Positions 1 through 9,654 of a stretch of DNA of 56,830 bases are shown one piece after another. The stretch lies in the IMG/VR virus record IMGVR_UViG_3300032073_000004, positions 62,001 through 118,830 of that record. One strand, 5' to 3'. A model generated the notes under the pieces. The model searched no databases. It saw nothing but the letters and a program-made list of their open reading frames with translations, and was not told the DNA's origin. The translations under genes and the position numbers were made by a program. Origin of the DNA: an uncultured virus (IMG/VR IMGVR_UViG_3300032073_000004) (lineage: Duplodnaviria; Heunggongvirae; Uroviricota; Caudoviricetes). How positions within the stretch are numbered: the stretch's first letter is position 1; each line of letters begins with the position of its first letter.

Positions 1-378
1 TCCGGATGAAGCCATTAAATCATATTTCCTATCAATTAAAGAATTTTCTGAAATGCAAATAGATGCTGCATCTGCTCCGAAATTTGGATTGTTCTCTATT
101 CTTCCACAGAGTAAAGTTATTGATGATGTCCCAGCTTTTGGGCTGCGACCTTCTCCAGTTGACCAAGAGCCATCTCGATCCCTACCAAGAACAATTTCAC
201 AGTTGGTGTTGCCAGGGTAAACTACTTCACAGGCAGCCTTGTTCCACTTTGTTTTTGGCTCGTTGGTGATTCCTTGGGCCAGGCCACTGGACAGGACTTT
301 TTCTCTGTCTTCTTTTGATGAATTCGCTTGAGTATGTTTTTTGTTTGCCGGGGGCTTGTTAGAAATAAAGTCAGACAT
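1..378 (-). CDS. Partial CDS (runs off window), putative baseplate/spike-associated protein
   Basis: Not in ORF track. ATG at 378 overlaps the M23 gene stop (TAATG) and the frame is open to base 1 (MSDFISNK...EIVLGRDRDG...LLCGR...PNFGADAASICISENS). Function inferred from position and my recollection of similar phage proteins. Confidence 0.55.
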   Translation of the reverse strand, partial: MSDFISNKPPANKKHTQANSSKEDREKVLSSGLAQGITNEPKTKWNKAACEVVYPGNTNCEIVLGRDRDGSWSTGEGRSPKAGTSSITLLCGRIENNPNFGADAASICISENSLIDRKYDLMASSG

Positions 379-1574
379 TATGCTACTCCACCCCCTTCAT
401 CGGGTGCCCTGTTCCAAGCCATCAGAAGAGGCTTTGGATCGACCTTCCTTCTCCTTGGGTGAGTCATAAGTGTGTAGTGTAGGTGAACACCTTGGCTGCG
501 GCCTGTTTTTCCCATAGTCGCTACCTGATCACCTTTCTCGACTCTTTGGCCCACCTTAACCGTCACTGTTTCGCAGTGCAAATAAAGAGATCTATATCCA
601 TTATCGTGAATAATAGAAACTTGGTTTCCTCCTGGATATTTCTTTATGTTTGATGCCAAGCTACCATTTGCCGAGTCTATTACCCCTCCCAACGGGGCCA
701 GCATAGGGTGTCCAGCCTTGCCATCGACGGCCAAGTCGATGCCGTTGTGGTCTTGTATGAGGGGTTTTCCGTTCCTGTCTTTTGCTACTGGGTGTGGTCT
801 GTTTTTTTGAAAGTCGGAAGACATTCTAACCGCATTTGGAACCAACAGTCTTGCAGCTGCACCAAACTCATCAATTTGTGCAGGAGTCATGATGCTTCCG
901 TTTATTTCTGCCATGACCTTTCCTGTTTCCCTGTCGGTAGGTACTCGAAATTTTGTTTTTTGCTTTTCGGGCTCACCCATTATTTGATCATAAACAGTAC
1001 CAACATGCTGACCCAATTGGCCGAACATACCCTTTACTGCGTCTTGTGCAACTGTGGACATATCCCTATTTGCAGAGCCAGCATTCGCACTAGACTCTAT
1101 AATCTCTGTTATTAAAACACCATCTCTATCTTTTGGGTGAAGATATTTGCACTCGACAAGATCTCCTACGCTGAGAATAGCTCCCTCGTTACCATAGTCT
1201 AAAAAGGCGTCTGGGTGTAATGACATGTAAAAGAGCCTTTCTTTAGTCCCCTCGTCATATGAGAATGGATCTTCCAAGTGGCCATACAGGTCTGCTCTTA
1301 TTTTATATACTCTTTCTGTACCACTGCTTTTTCTTCCAAGCTTTGTGCTAAGAAGTGACGAAACTATATCTGGGTCTGTAATAATGTCTATTATTTTGGC
1401 GTCGAAGCTATCAGGATCGGTTGGTGCCATCTCTCTGAAGACGGTGCTCAATATAGAGTCGATGGGGCTTTCTCGGTTTACGTTAACCCTTCCCGATCTC
1501 ATCTTATCAGACGAATCATTTAATTTAGATATATTATCTGGCAGTCTTGTTCCGACTTTTTCATCTTTTGCCAT
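378..1574 (-). CDS. Protein with C-terminal M23 (LytM) peptidase, probable virion-associated peptidoglycan hydrolase
   Basis: HNGID (HxxxD), GGNQVSIIH, YLH, GRSQGVHLHY (HxH). Confidence 0.85.
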   Translation of the reverse strand: MAKDEKVGTRLPDNISKLNDSSDKMRSGRVNVNRESPIDSILSTVFREMAPTDPDSFDAKIIDIITDPDIVSSLLSTKLGRKSSGTERVYKIRADLYGHLEDPFSYDEGTKERLFYMSLHPDAFLDYGNEGAILSVGDLVECKYLHPKDRDGVLITEIIESSANAGSANRDMSTVAQDAVKGMFGQLGQHVGTVYDQIMGEPEKQKTKFRVPTDRETGKVMAEINGSIMTPAQIDEFGAAARLLVPNAVRMSSDFQKNRPHPVAKDRNGKPLIQDHNGIDLAVDGKAGHPMLAPLGGVIDSANGSLASNIKKYPGGNQVSIIHDNGYRSLYLHCETVTVKVGQRVEKGDQVATMGKTGRSQGVHLHYTLMTHPRRRKVDPKPLLMAWNRAPDEGGGVA

Positions 1575-1577
1575 TTA

Positions 1578-1871
1578 CTAGCCCTCTTTAATAATGCGAA
1601 ATAACTCTTCCTTGTCGTCATCGCTAAGAGTGGCAGATTCTTTCTGTTCTTTCTTCTGTAATAAAGATGCGATCTTTACCAACTGCTCATTAGAGCGTTG
1701 GAGTGTTTCTAAATATTTTGCAGCCACAGTTCCCACTTCTGCATGCTTGCTTGGTGATACACCTATGTACATCATCAAATCTTCTAGAAGTTTGGTAGTA
1801 ACTGTTCTGTCTTTTGTAATATTATCTATCGCTGTCTCTATCTGCGTCGAGAACTTTTTATTTGATTTCAT
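1578..1871 (-). CDS. Hypothetical helical phage protein
   Basis: 97-aa ORF coupled to neighbours. Confidence 0.7.
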   Translation of the reverse strand: MKSNKKFSTQIETAIDNITKDRTVTTKLLEDLMMYIGVSPSKHAEVGTVAAKYLETLQRSNEQLVKIASLLQKKEQKESATLSDDDKEELFRIIKEG

Positions 1872-2571
1872 CTTCGACCCACCTCTCTTTGAATGTCCTA
1901 TATTTTCCCCTAAGTTTATTTAAGCTGTTTACAATTTGTTTTGTATTCATACCCGTTATTTCTCTTAGGTAAAAGTAAATAGCCTTTTTGTTGAAAATTT
2001 CTAGGGACTCGCTGTTCGCAAATAGCGTCTTTGTTGCCATTAGGACTTTTTTTTCGTTTGGTTTGAGCTTTTCTTCTTCCCAGCTATCCATTTCTTTCCA
2101 GAGGTGTTCCCAAAATTCTCTGTGCTTCTTTACTTTTTCGTACTCATTTTCGACAGAAAAGTATCGCTGCTCGGTGTCTTTGTTCATGTCGTCATAAAGA
2201 ACTTCCCTTTTCAGCTGGGCTGTGTTTTTCTTTACTTTGTGAATGAACCAGTTTTTTGTAGTTACACTAAAATAACTAAAAGCCTTTGAACCTTTGTCCG
2301 GATCAAACTTATCTAAAATAGTAGTTAGCCAAACCTTACACTCTGCCTTTAAGTCGTCAATATTTGGCAAAGTAGTGAACTTGTAGGTATAGACTATTTT
2401 ATCAACAAGTTCGTCAAAAGCTGGGTGTATGAAATCTCTATATAATTGTTCTTTTGTTTTTCTATCATCAGTAGATGCATATTGGACGATAGCGGCTTCG
2501 TGTACTTCCGTAAAGTAATTTCTCTTTTTTCTACGGCCTCGCTTTTTGGTCGTCTTCTTCTTTGTCGTCAT
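1858..2571 (-). CDS. Phage late sigma factor, T4 gp55-like
   Basis: YFT..HEAAIVQY and LDKFDPDKGSKAFSYFS (region-2-like). Start moved to ATG 2571 behind GGAG. Confidence 0.7.
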   Translation of the reverse strand: MTTKKKTTKKRGRRKKRNYFTEVHEAAIVQYASTDDRKTKEQLYRDFIHPAFDELVDKIVYTYKFTTLPNIDDLKAECKVWLTTILDKFDPDKGSKAFSYFSVTTKNWFIHKVKKNTAQLKREVLYDDMNKDTEQRYFSVENEYEKVKKHREFWEHLWKEMDSWEEEKLKPNEKKVLMATKTLFANSESLEIFNKKAIYFYLREITGMNTKQIVNSLNKLRGKYRTFKERWVEDEIK

Positions 2572-2851
2572 CTTCTTCTCCGTTGGTACTGCTTTCATTC
2601 AAAACGGCTTCCATGTCAAGAAGATAAGAACCTAGTTCTCTTGAGTGGTCCAGCATATTTTGCAGGGTGTCATCGCCATAAAAGGTTTCCATCTGATAAA
2701 CATCTGATAGATGTCCTTGGAAACTTTGTAGGCTAAAAATAATTTCATCAATATTATCAGAAAAATATAAAGCTCTCCTTAAAGTGCGGTATAGCAAATA
2801 AGATAGCCCTATGTTGAATATTAAAGATATTAAAAACAGTATTAAATACAT
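2531..2851 (-). CDS. Hypothetical protein with N-terminal TM helix
   Basis: Hydrophobic N-terminus, acidic tail. Confidence 0.7.
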   Translation of the reverse strand: MYLILFLISLIFNIGLSYLLYRTLRRALYFSDNIDEIIFSLQSFQGHLSDVYQMETFYGDDTLQNMLDHSRELGSYLLDMEAVLNESSTNGEEDDDKEEDDQKARP

Positions 2852-2852
2852 A

Positions 2853-3113
2853 TTAGTTATAAGTTACTTTCTTTAGTCTATCCCTCTCGCCCTTAACTTC
2901 GGTGCGAATTTCTTCGATAGACCTCTTTACAATATCACCATTATTGCTTTTTTTTAAGTCATTTTTTTTAGTAAACGTGCGAAAAGAAGAGACTTTTTTA
3001 CTAACACAGCCAGTCTCGTTACATTCTGGACATTCCTCACAAGTCTCACTCATGAGGTGTGTGGCGTAAAATTCCTCTTCGCATTCTTCACATTTATAAA
3101 GATATTTAGGCAT
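2853..3113 (-). CDS. FmdB-family zinc-ribbon protein
   Basis: MPKYLYKCEEC...CPEC. Confidence 0.8.
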   Translation of the reverse strand: MPKYLYKCEECEEEFYATHLMSETCEECPECNETGCVSKKVSSFRTFTKKNDLKKSNNGDIVKRSIEEIRTEVKGERDRLKKVTYN

Positions 3114-3303
3114 CGCCTAATATTCCCTTGTCTAGCTTGCTTTCATCAATCTGCAAGTTAGGTGGGTTCAACACAACAAGTTCACCGTCGTCGCCGGGTT
3201 CAAAGTTGAGGTCTTCTAAAAGTGGCATAATATCACTTTGTTCCATTAAACATTTCTGCAGAGTCATCATAAGTGCACCTGCTGCTTGATTTGACAATTT
3301 CAT
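3106..3303 (-). CDS. Hypothetical phage protein
   Basis: 65-aa ORF in operon. Confidence 0.7.
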   Translation of the reverse strand: MKLSNQAAGALMMTLQKCLMEQSDIMPLLEDLNFEPGDDGELVVLNPPNLQIDESKLDKGILGDA

Positions 3304-3306
3304 TTT

Positions 3307-3615
3307 TTACTCCTCTTCAGAAAAAAAAGTTTCTGAGTTTATGTTTTTATCATCAATAAAAATATCGTAATGAGGTTTCCACATCTTCAGCTCATGATGC
3401 TTGGCTCCCCATTCTGATAACTGTTTGTGAGTTAGTTCTGTCCAGTCTATTCCTGTGTTAGAACCTCTCGCTGTCCAATAAACGACCGTATGACCTTCGT
3501 CGTACAGCTTGTTTATCTTTTCAATTCTCTCCATCCACGGTACCGCATTGTCATACTTTCCCTGTGTGTTGCAACATATCGTACCATCAATATCTACATA
3601 ATATATTTTTTTCAT
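3307..3615 (-). CDS. Small HAD-like phosphatase (capsule-biosynthesis type)
   Basis: DIDGT, WTARG, KP..DIFIDDK. Confidence 0.85.
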   Translation of the reverse strand: MKKIYYVDIDGTICCNTQGKYDNAVPWMERIEKINKLYDEGHTVVYWTARGSNTGIDWTELTHKQLSEWGAKHHELKMWKPHYDIFIDDKNINSETFFSEEE

Positions 3616-4379
3616 GTTCTCTCCCCGATCTTCTTTACCCTGTCCATAAAAGACTCTGCCTTTAGAGAGTGAAAGTGTTCTCTTTTGGCCAAAAGCATCT
3701 GTTCGTATTCGATTGCTTGTTTGATTGCATCATCTATAGACACTCCACTCACCATATCAAAGACTACTGCCCTTGTTTCAAAGCCATCCAAGAGGCCTTT
3801 TTCGTGCATCTCTTCTAGGCGGGGAGCACTTTTCTTGGAGACAGAGCCTCCCATTTTTGTTTTTAGGTTATACTTTTTTGCTGCTGTCAGTGCTTTCTCT
3901 GCGTATACCATGACCAAGTAATCATCAACATTGTTTTTTGATAAGCCAAGAGAGCGCGATAAGTCAGAACGTCCCACTACAATGCCGTCTATGCTTTTGT
4001 GGTGTTCTTTAAGTATGTCCTCTATCTTCTCACATGCTGTCTTTGTCTCGATGTTAATAAACTGTTGTGGCGGCGTGACTTTCAGCAAATCACATCTACT
4101 TTCCATGGAAGATATAAATTTAGAAACTGCAAATTCACTTTCCACCATTGGTGCGACCACGCCTGCCACGCCGAGCCTTAAACACTTCTCAATGTCCCTG
4201 TTTGCTTCGCATCCACCTATCTTAACGAAGACCTGTAAATCTGGTGTGCCAGCAAGCATAACCAGATCTGTTAAGTCAGAGTCTGTTACTCCCTCGTCCT
4301 CGAAAGAGGCTTTCAGAGCTGAAGCTCCGTACTTCTCTTTCATTAGTGTTATCTTTTGTTTAATCTTATCATTGAACAT
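3612..4379 (-). CDS. HpcH/HpaI aldolase/citrate lyase family protein
   Basis: KASFEDEG, KIGGCEA, APMVES, INIET, VGRSDL. Start refined to ATG 4379. Confidence 0.8.
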   Translation of the reverse strand: MFNDKIKQKITLMKEKYGASALKASFEDEGVTDSDLTDLVMLAGTPDLQVFVKIGGCEANRDIEKCLRLGVAGVVAPMVESEFAVSKFISSMESRCDLLKVTPPQQFINIETKTACEKIEDILKEHHKSIDGIVVGRSDLSRSLGLSKNNVDDYLVMVYAEKALTAAKKYNLKTKMGGSVSKKSAPRLEEMHEKGLLDGFETRAVVFDMVSGVSIDDAIKQAIEYEQMLLAKREHFHSLKAESFMDRVKKIGERT

Positions 4380-5043
4380 TTTTAAACTCACTCTCGTAGA
4401 TATATTCAGCAAACTTAAAGTCTAAGGCAGTGTCTATATCCATTGCCTCTATTTCATCCAATATTAAGAATGCTGGTTTTTTACCTACGATGTTCTTATT
4501 TTCCATTATTAAATCTCTGGGACAGATACAAACGCCATAGGTAATTTTATAAATATTTGGCAACTCTTGGCTATTAGGGGAATTACTCGGGTCATAGTTT
4601 AGTGGTTTGCCTCCAAGCCACATGTGATGCTTCATTGTAGACACGGTTGCAACAGAGTCAATACCATGTCCTACCTGAAATGCTCTTTTTGCCTTTTCTA
4701 GAGTCTCTTTGTTTATAAAAGGACTTGTTGGAGGACAATAGGCTATTGCGCCCTCGGACACAATTGTAGTTAAATTACAAAAAAAATCACTAGCAGAACA
4801 ATAGTCGCTAGCATAATATTCCTCCCTCTTATGGGAGCTTATGCCATGTCTTTCTGCAAACTTCAAAATGTCATCCGAGTCCGTAGAGAGTATTATCTCA
4901 TCAAAAACTTCCGCTTCCTTGAGAGACTCAATCTTTAGATCCAGCAATGTAGTGTCGCCAAAAGGTCGAACACTCTTGTTGGGCACTCTCTTAGAGCCTG
5001 AGCGCACTGGTATTATAGCTGTTATCTTGCTGGAGCTTCTCAT
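4369..5043 (-). CDS. neuA: Acylneuraminate cytidylyltransferase (CMP-ulosonic acid synthetase)
   Basis: IIPVRSGSKRVPNK, STDS, PTSPF, DIDT..DF. Confidence 0.9.
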   Translation of the reverse strand: MRSSSKITAIIPVRSGSKRVPNKSVRPFGDTTLLDLKIESLKEAEVFDEIILSTDSDDILKFAERHGISSHKREEYYASDYCSASDFFCNLTTIVSEGAIAYCPPTSPFINKETLEKAKRAFQVGHGIDSVATVSTMKHHMWLGGKPLNYDPSNSPNSQELPNIYKITYGVCICPRDLIMENKNIVGKKPAFLILDEIEAMDIDTALDFKFAEYIYESEFKNVQ

Positions 5044-5738
5044 AAGTTTGTTGCCCTATAAATGAAGTCCAAGTATTTGAATTGCCACTCATGATCTATG
5101 TCCAGAGACTCTCTTTCAGATATAGGGAACAGTTCGATATCTCCCTGCTCGGAAAAGTCTCCCATAAAAACGCCGTCGCCGATGGTGGCCATTTCGCTAG
5201 CATACAGACAATGAGCTGCTTCGTATGTGGCTTCAACCGCCTTTGTATTTAAGTTTGGTTCTCCCTCGGGCCACTCGTTCAACATTTTCCCACTCTCGTT
5301 CCAAAAGTAGTTCTTCTTCTCTATGACCGCGAACAAGCCCTTGCTTGGTGTTTGCAAATAGTGTTCGTAAAAGCTATCTATGGTGGATGTCTCCAAAAAT
5401 GGATTGCAGGCGTTGACAAGTATGATATACTTATAAGATAGTTTATCCCACCACTCATACATGCCCGTTAACTTAGATCCGGTTCCGCCGTCCCATACTG
5501 CAGAGTGTTCGCTCCTCTTGAATATATTGACTCCATTTTTTACCCCGACATCTACAAGTTCAGGCTCATTAACGGATAAATAAAAGTTTTCTTTTGGGAT
5601 AGCTTTGGAATCCAATATCTTCTTGACTGCGATATCAACCAAATTGGTTCCGCCAAAATCTCTTATCATTTTCCTTTTGCATCTTTCCGAAGAAAGTCTT
5701 GCTTGAATTATCACACATACTTCTGATGGTTTTTTCAT
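5040..5738 (-). CDS. Cytidylyltransferase (NeuA/PseF/SpsF family), paralog of 10464..11150
   Basis: IQARLSSERCKRK, ACNPFL, EAAHCLYA, LDIDHEWQF. Confidence 0.85.
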   Translation of the reverse strand: MKKPSEVCVIIQARLSSERCKRKMIRDFGGTNLVDIAVKKILDSKAIPKENFYLSVNEPELVDVGVKNGVNIFKRSEHSAVWDGGTGSKLTGMYEWWDKLSYKYIILVNACNPFLETSTIDSFYEHYLQTPSKGLFAVIEKKNYFWNESGKMLNEWPEGEPNLNTKAVEATYEAAHCLYASEMATIGDGVFMGDFSEQGDIELFPISERESLDIDHEWQFKYLDFIYRATNL

Positions 5739-6086
5739 TTAATCTCCCTTTTCGACCCTATAGCTGTCCTCGTCAAAATGAGTAGTAGAAAACTCATACA
5801 TCTCTGTGTCCTCTAGCGCGATCATTCTGTGAATAAGGCCAGTGGGGACATGGAAGTTGTCTCCCTTTTCTAAAATGACTTCAGATGCAGTGCTAATATC
5901 CTCATCATAAGAATATAATACTCTCAGCTTCCCGCTATGGATATAGAAAACTTCATCTTTAATTTTATGGTAATGCCAAGAACACTTTTTTCCTTTTACA
6001 AAAAACAAAAGCTTACCGCAGTATTTATCGTTATTGACAATCCATTTTTCATAACCCCAACCTTTGGGGACAAAATTCATTTCCAT
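5739..6086 (-). CDS. Cupin, sugar isomerase/epimerase-like
   Basis: KGWGYE, SWHYH..KDE.F, P.G..HR. Confidence 0.8.
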   Translation of the reverse strand: MEMNFVPKGWGYEKWIVNNDKYCGKLLFFVKGKKCSWHYHKIKDEVFYIHSGKLRVLYSYDEDISTASEVILEKGDNFHVPTGLIHRMIALEDTEMYEFSTTHFDEDSYRVEKGD

Positions 6087-7079
6087 TTACAACTCCAGAG
6101 GAAAAAACCTTTTTGAGATCTCTTTGCTCATATTATTATCGTAGTTTTCTCCAATATTTTGATATTTTATCATTCTATTATTATAAGTTAAGAGATAATC
6201 CCAAAACAAAACTGCTTCTCTTCTTTGAAAATCAAAGTTATAGTTTGCGCTTATCTTCAACTTCTTGTTTGGCTCGAATGCGTGAGCGCCTGCATTAATG
6301 TTTTCTATCTGCTCTTGTGTCCAGCCATCCCATCCAGCAAATATAACCTTTTTAGCTCCCAAATATGTCGCTAATGTTATCAGCTTTGGAACAGCTCCCG
6401 ATGTCAATGATACCCTCTGGTTAAAGAGGAAGCACTTGCACATCTCGTCATAAAATGTCTGGATCATCGACGGGCTTCTAGATATAGAGGTATCTATGGC
6501 GCAGATAGTGTCGTCTCTCTCTACAACGTCTGCGAACTCTGGTATGTTCATATCAAGCTCTGAGTTAATGTAGCATAGAGATATTTCTCTTTCTTTCAGT
6601 TCCTTGTTTTTGTAGAATGCGTTACAAGTCCACAAGTAATCTCTTTCTACGTTATCGTAGTCAATCTGAAGTGCGGATGGTCCTCCGCCGACGATAAGTA
6701 TTGTGCTGTCTCTGTACTTCTTCAGTTCTTCTAAATTTTCACACCACATGTCGCCAGTTCTAGTGACGCTCTTTTGGGGGTGTGTTAAGAACGAACGATA
6801 AGGTTCCGGTGGCGGGTATCCATGTTTTGCATTTAAAAGAAAGTCTTCTTTTGTTGTTAGCATACTTGCTTCATTAGCGGGATACTTTGAAACTATATTG
6901 CTATAAGTTTCATCCGGGCCAAAGCACCTTTTGCTTATTTTATCATACCACACATTGTACTCTGGCTCTCTGGCTATTCTTTTCCTAAATTCAGAGTATG
7001 CACCTTGCCACTCGCTTTCAACAAAAAGTTTATCTTCTCTAGAATTGTATATCTGAATACAGTTGTCTATTTCTAACAA
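6087..7079 (-). CDS. Maf/CstII-like (DUF115-type) putative ulosonic-acid transferase
   Basis: ILIVGGGPS, CN, SG......LATYLGAKKVIFAGWDG, HAF. Confidence 0.6.
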   Translation of the reverse strand: MLEIDNCIQIYNSREDKLFVESEWQGAYSEFRKRIAREPEYNVWYDKISKRCFGPDETYSNIVSKYPANEASMLTTKEDFLLNAKHGYPPPEPYRSFLTHPQKSVTRTGDMWCENLEELKKYRDSTILIVGGGPSALQIDYDNVERDYLWTCNAFYKNKELKEREISLCYINSELDMNIPEFADVVERDDTICAIDTSISRSPSMIQTFYDEMCKCFLFNQRVSLTSGAVPKLITLATYLGAKKVIFAGWDGWTQEQIENINAGAHAFEPNKKLKISANYNFDFQRREAVLFWDYLLTYNNRMIKYQNIGENYDNNMSKEISKRFFPLEL

Positions 7080-7089
7080 AGCAGGCTCT

Positions 7090-8748
7090 CTATTTCTCTA
7101 TGATATATTTTCCAACGACCAAGACATCAATGTTTGTACTCATAAAGCATTTGTACGCATCTTCACAGTCGTTTACAATAGGTTGCCCCTTCACGTTAAA
7201 TGAAGTATTAAGCAAAATGGGGTATCCAGTTTGCTTGTTGAAAGTCTCTATCAAGGTTCTATATCTCGGGTTAAGTGAGTGGACAGTCTGTACCCTAGCA
7301 GAATTGTCAACATGAATAACTGCACCGATGTCCTCGACTTTATCCTCTCGACATTGGACTGCCCTTAGCATATGAGGGCTATCATATCTTATCTCAAACC
7401 ATTCTCTTGCTTCCTCTGCCAAGACAGAGGGCGCGAAGGGCCGAAAAGCTTCTCTAAATTTAACACGGGCGTTTACATGATCTTTTATCGCAGAGGGAAA
7501 TGGCTTTGCCAAAATACTTCTATTGCCTAAAGCTCTTGGCCCAAACTCAGCGCCACCTTGCACCCACCCTATTATTTTTCCTTCTTCTAACCTCTGGGAA
7601 ACCAGTGAGAAAGCTTCATCTGCTTCCACATAGGTTATTTCCTCTCTGTCTAGAAAAGATTTTATTTCTTCGTCTGTTTGACGGTGGCCAAGAAAGAAAT
7701 CGTGATACTTCCCGATCTCTACTTTGCCTCTTCTGGACAAACTCAAATAGGCTGCTCCGATGGAAGTTCCATTGTCTCCGGATGCAGGAGGTACGAAGAT
7801 CTCATCGAAAATGTTCTTGCTTTCTATCTTGCCGTTAAGAGAGCAGTTCAAGCCAACCCCGCCTGAAATGCACAGTTTGTCCACTTCGTACTCTTTTCGT
7901 AACAGTGTCAGTTGCTCTAGAACAATCTCTTCTAGTCTGTCTTGCAGTGCTGCAGCAATGTTCTTATGGTTGTCTGTTATTTCGTCTTCCCACTTTTTAA
8001 GTGGACCAAACATAGAGATAAACTCGTCACTAACAAATTTGTCTCTCTCTTTGTGAAAAGAAAACCATTTTTTATTTATTTCGATGTCGTATCCATTTAC
8101 ATTGACCATCTCCCTAAAGACATCAATATATCTCTTATCTGTATTTGGAATAGTTTCTCTGCTGTTTCCTAATGGAGCAAGGCCCATGACAATTCCCTCG
8201 TCACACATTGGTTTCCATCCAAGATAAAATGTTATAGCAGAGTAAAAAAGACCCAATGAGTTGGGCCATGGGTTCCCCTTGTGTATTACTTTTATCTCTC
8301 CATTGACGGCCATGGCCATCATGGAGCAGTGGGTTTCTCCAATGCCATCGTTGCTATATAGGAGAGCAGTATCAAAGCCGCTTGGATAATAAGAACTTGC
8401 CACATGACACAAGTGATGGTGATTAAAATCAACGTCACCGTCATATCCAATTTGCTCTTTTAGTATTCTTACATACTCTTTTTCTGAAGGGAGATCCCTT
8501 CTCATTTTTCTTACCTGCCCAGAGGCTTTAAGAAGAATGGAAGGCTTGTAGGAAAAGCTAACAACATCTATATCGGAAATTTCCAAAGAGGCAATCTTCA
8601 AACAATCATTAATTGCATTCTTTGGAAAGTCTCTTGTGTGCTTATCCCCACAGTACCTCTCCTCTTCGCAGGCGGCCACGAGTTTGCCGTTCTTTAAAAG
8701 AGCTGCAGATGTGTCGTGGCCACCATAATTAATTCCTAAAATATTCAT
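7090..8748 (-). CDS. Carbamoyltransferase (NodU/CmcH family)
   Basis: HDTSA, EEER, HHLCH, DGIGE, EFGPRALGNRSIL, LLNTSFN. Confidence 0.92.
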   Translation of the reverse strand: MNILGINYGGHDTSAALLKNGKLVAACEEERYCGDKHTRDFPKNAINDCLKIASLEISDIDVVSFSYKPSILLKASGQVRKMRRDLPSEKEYVRILKEQIGYDGDVDFNHHHLCHVASSYYPSGFDTALLYSNDGIGETHCSMMAMAVNGEIKVIHKGNPWPNSLGLFYSAITFYLGWKPMCDEGIVMGLAPLGNSRETIPNTDKRYIDVFREMVNVNGYDIEINKKWFSFHKERDKFVSDEFISMFGPLKKWEDEITDNHKNIAAALQDRLEEIVLEQLTLLRKEYEVDKLCISGGVGLNCSLNGKIESKNIFDEIFVPPASGDNGTSIGAAYLSLSRRGKVEIGKYHDFFLGHRQTDEEIKSFLDREEITYVEADEAFSLVSQRLEEGKIIGWVQGGAEFGPRALGNRSILAKPFPSAIKDHVNARVKFREAFRPFAPSVLAEEAREWFEIRYDSPHMLRAVQCREDKVEDIGAVIHVDNSARVQTVHSLNPRYRTLIETFNKQTGYPILLNTSFNVKGQPIVNDCEDAYKCFMSTNIDVLVVGKYIIEK

Positions 8749-8758
8749 GTTTACCTTT

Positions 8759-9640
8759 TTACACTACCATAACATTAGGGGTAAAGTATCTAAGTTTGTT
8801 TGCGACCTCAACTTCGTGCTTTAAGAAGTGTTTCTGGCCAGTGCCAAGGGTGTTTACGACTTGTCTGGAAACATCTACCAACTCTTTAAGTTCGCCCTCC
8901 TCAATAGAGGCAGATTGGTCCGAACCATACATGCTTCTGTCCAGCGTGATGTGCCGCTCTAATGCTTTAGCGCCATAGGCGACTGCCAAGATAGACGGAA
9001 ATATTCCTTGTTCGTGACCGCTGTATCCCACAGGGACGTTGTACTTTTCTGCAAGAGTTTTAACTGCCAAAATATTGCAGTCTTCATTTTTGCAAGGGTA
9101 GGTAGAAACACAGTGAAGCAAAGTAAACTCGCACTCATGTGAGTTAAAGATCATCATTGCTTTCTCGATGTCAGAAGAATTGCACATCCCTGTCGAGATA
9201 AACGTGTGCTTTTTCTCTGAAGCTATCTCATTTAAAAGTTCTTCGTATGTCAACATGGCCGAGGCCACTTTGTTAAAAGACACATCGTATTGTCTCAAGA
9301 AGTGTTGGCTCTTTATGTCCCATGCCGATGCAGTCCATAAGATACCTTTTTCTTTACAATATTCAGAGATCTGATCATACTCTTCTTTTCCGAATTCTAA
9401 GCCTTCTTTTTGATCTCTCTGTGTAGTCCCCCAGGGAGACTGTCTACTGGATTTTAAATATTCCTGTGTGTAAACAGTATCAATATCTCTTTTCTGAAAC
9501 TTGACTGCTTGGCATCCCGAACGTACTGCCGCATCTATCAACTTCTTTGCAACCTCAATATCACCATTGTGGTTGATGCCGATCTCGGCAATAAAAAATG
9601 GATTATTGACTGTCTTTTCATATGGATTAAATTTGCTCAT
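8759..9640 (-). CDS. neuB: NeuB-family ulosonic acid synthase (no SAF domain)
   Basis: IAEIGINHNGD, KFQKR, HCVSTYP, GYSGHE, ERHITL, GSDQSAS. Confidence 0.9.
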   Translation of the reverse strand: MSKFNPYEKTVNNPFFIAEIGINHNGDIEVAKKLIDAAVRSGCQAVKFQKRDIDTVYTQEYLKSSRQSPWGTTQRDQKEGLEFGKEEYDQISEYCKEKGILWTASAWDIKSQHFLRQYDVSFNKVASAMLTYEELLNEIASEKKHTFISTGMCNSSDIEKAMMIFNSHECEFTLLHCVSTYPCKNEDCNILAVKTLAEKYNVPVGYSGHEQGIFPSILAVAYGAKALERHITLDRSMYGSDQSASIEEGELKELVDVSRQVVNTLGTGQKHFLKHEVEVANKLRYFTPNVMVV

Positions 9641-9654
9641 TCTTATTTTTCCTT

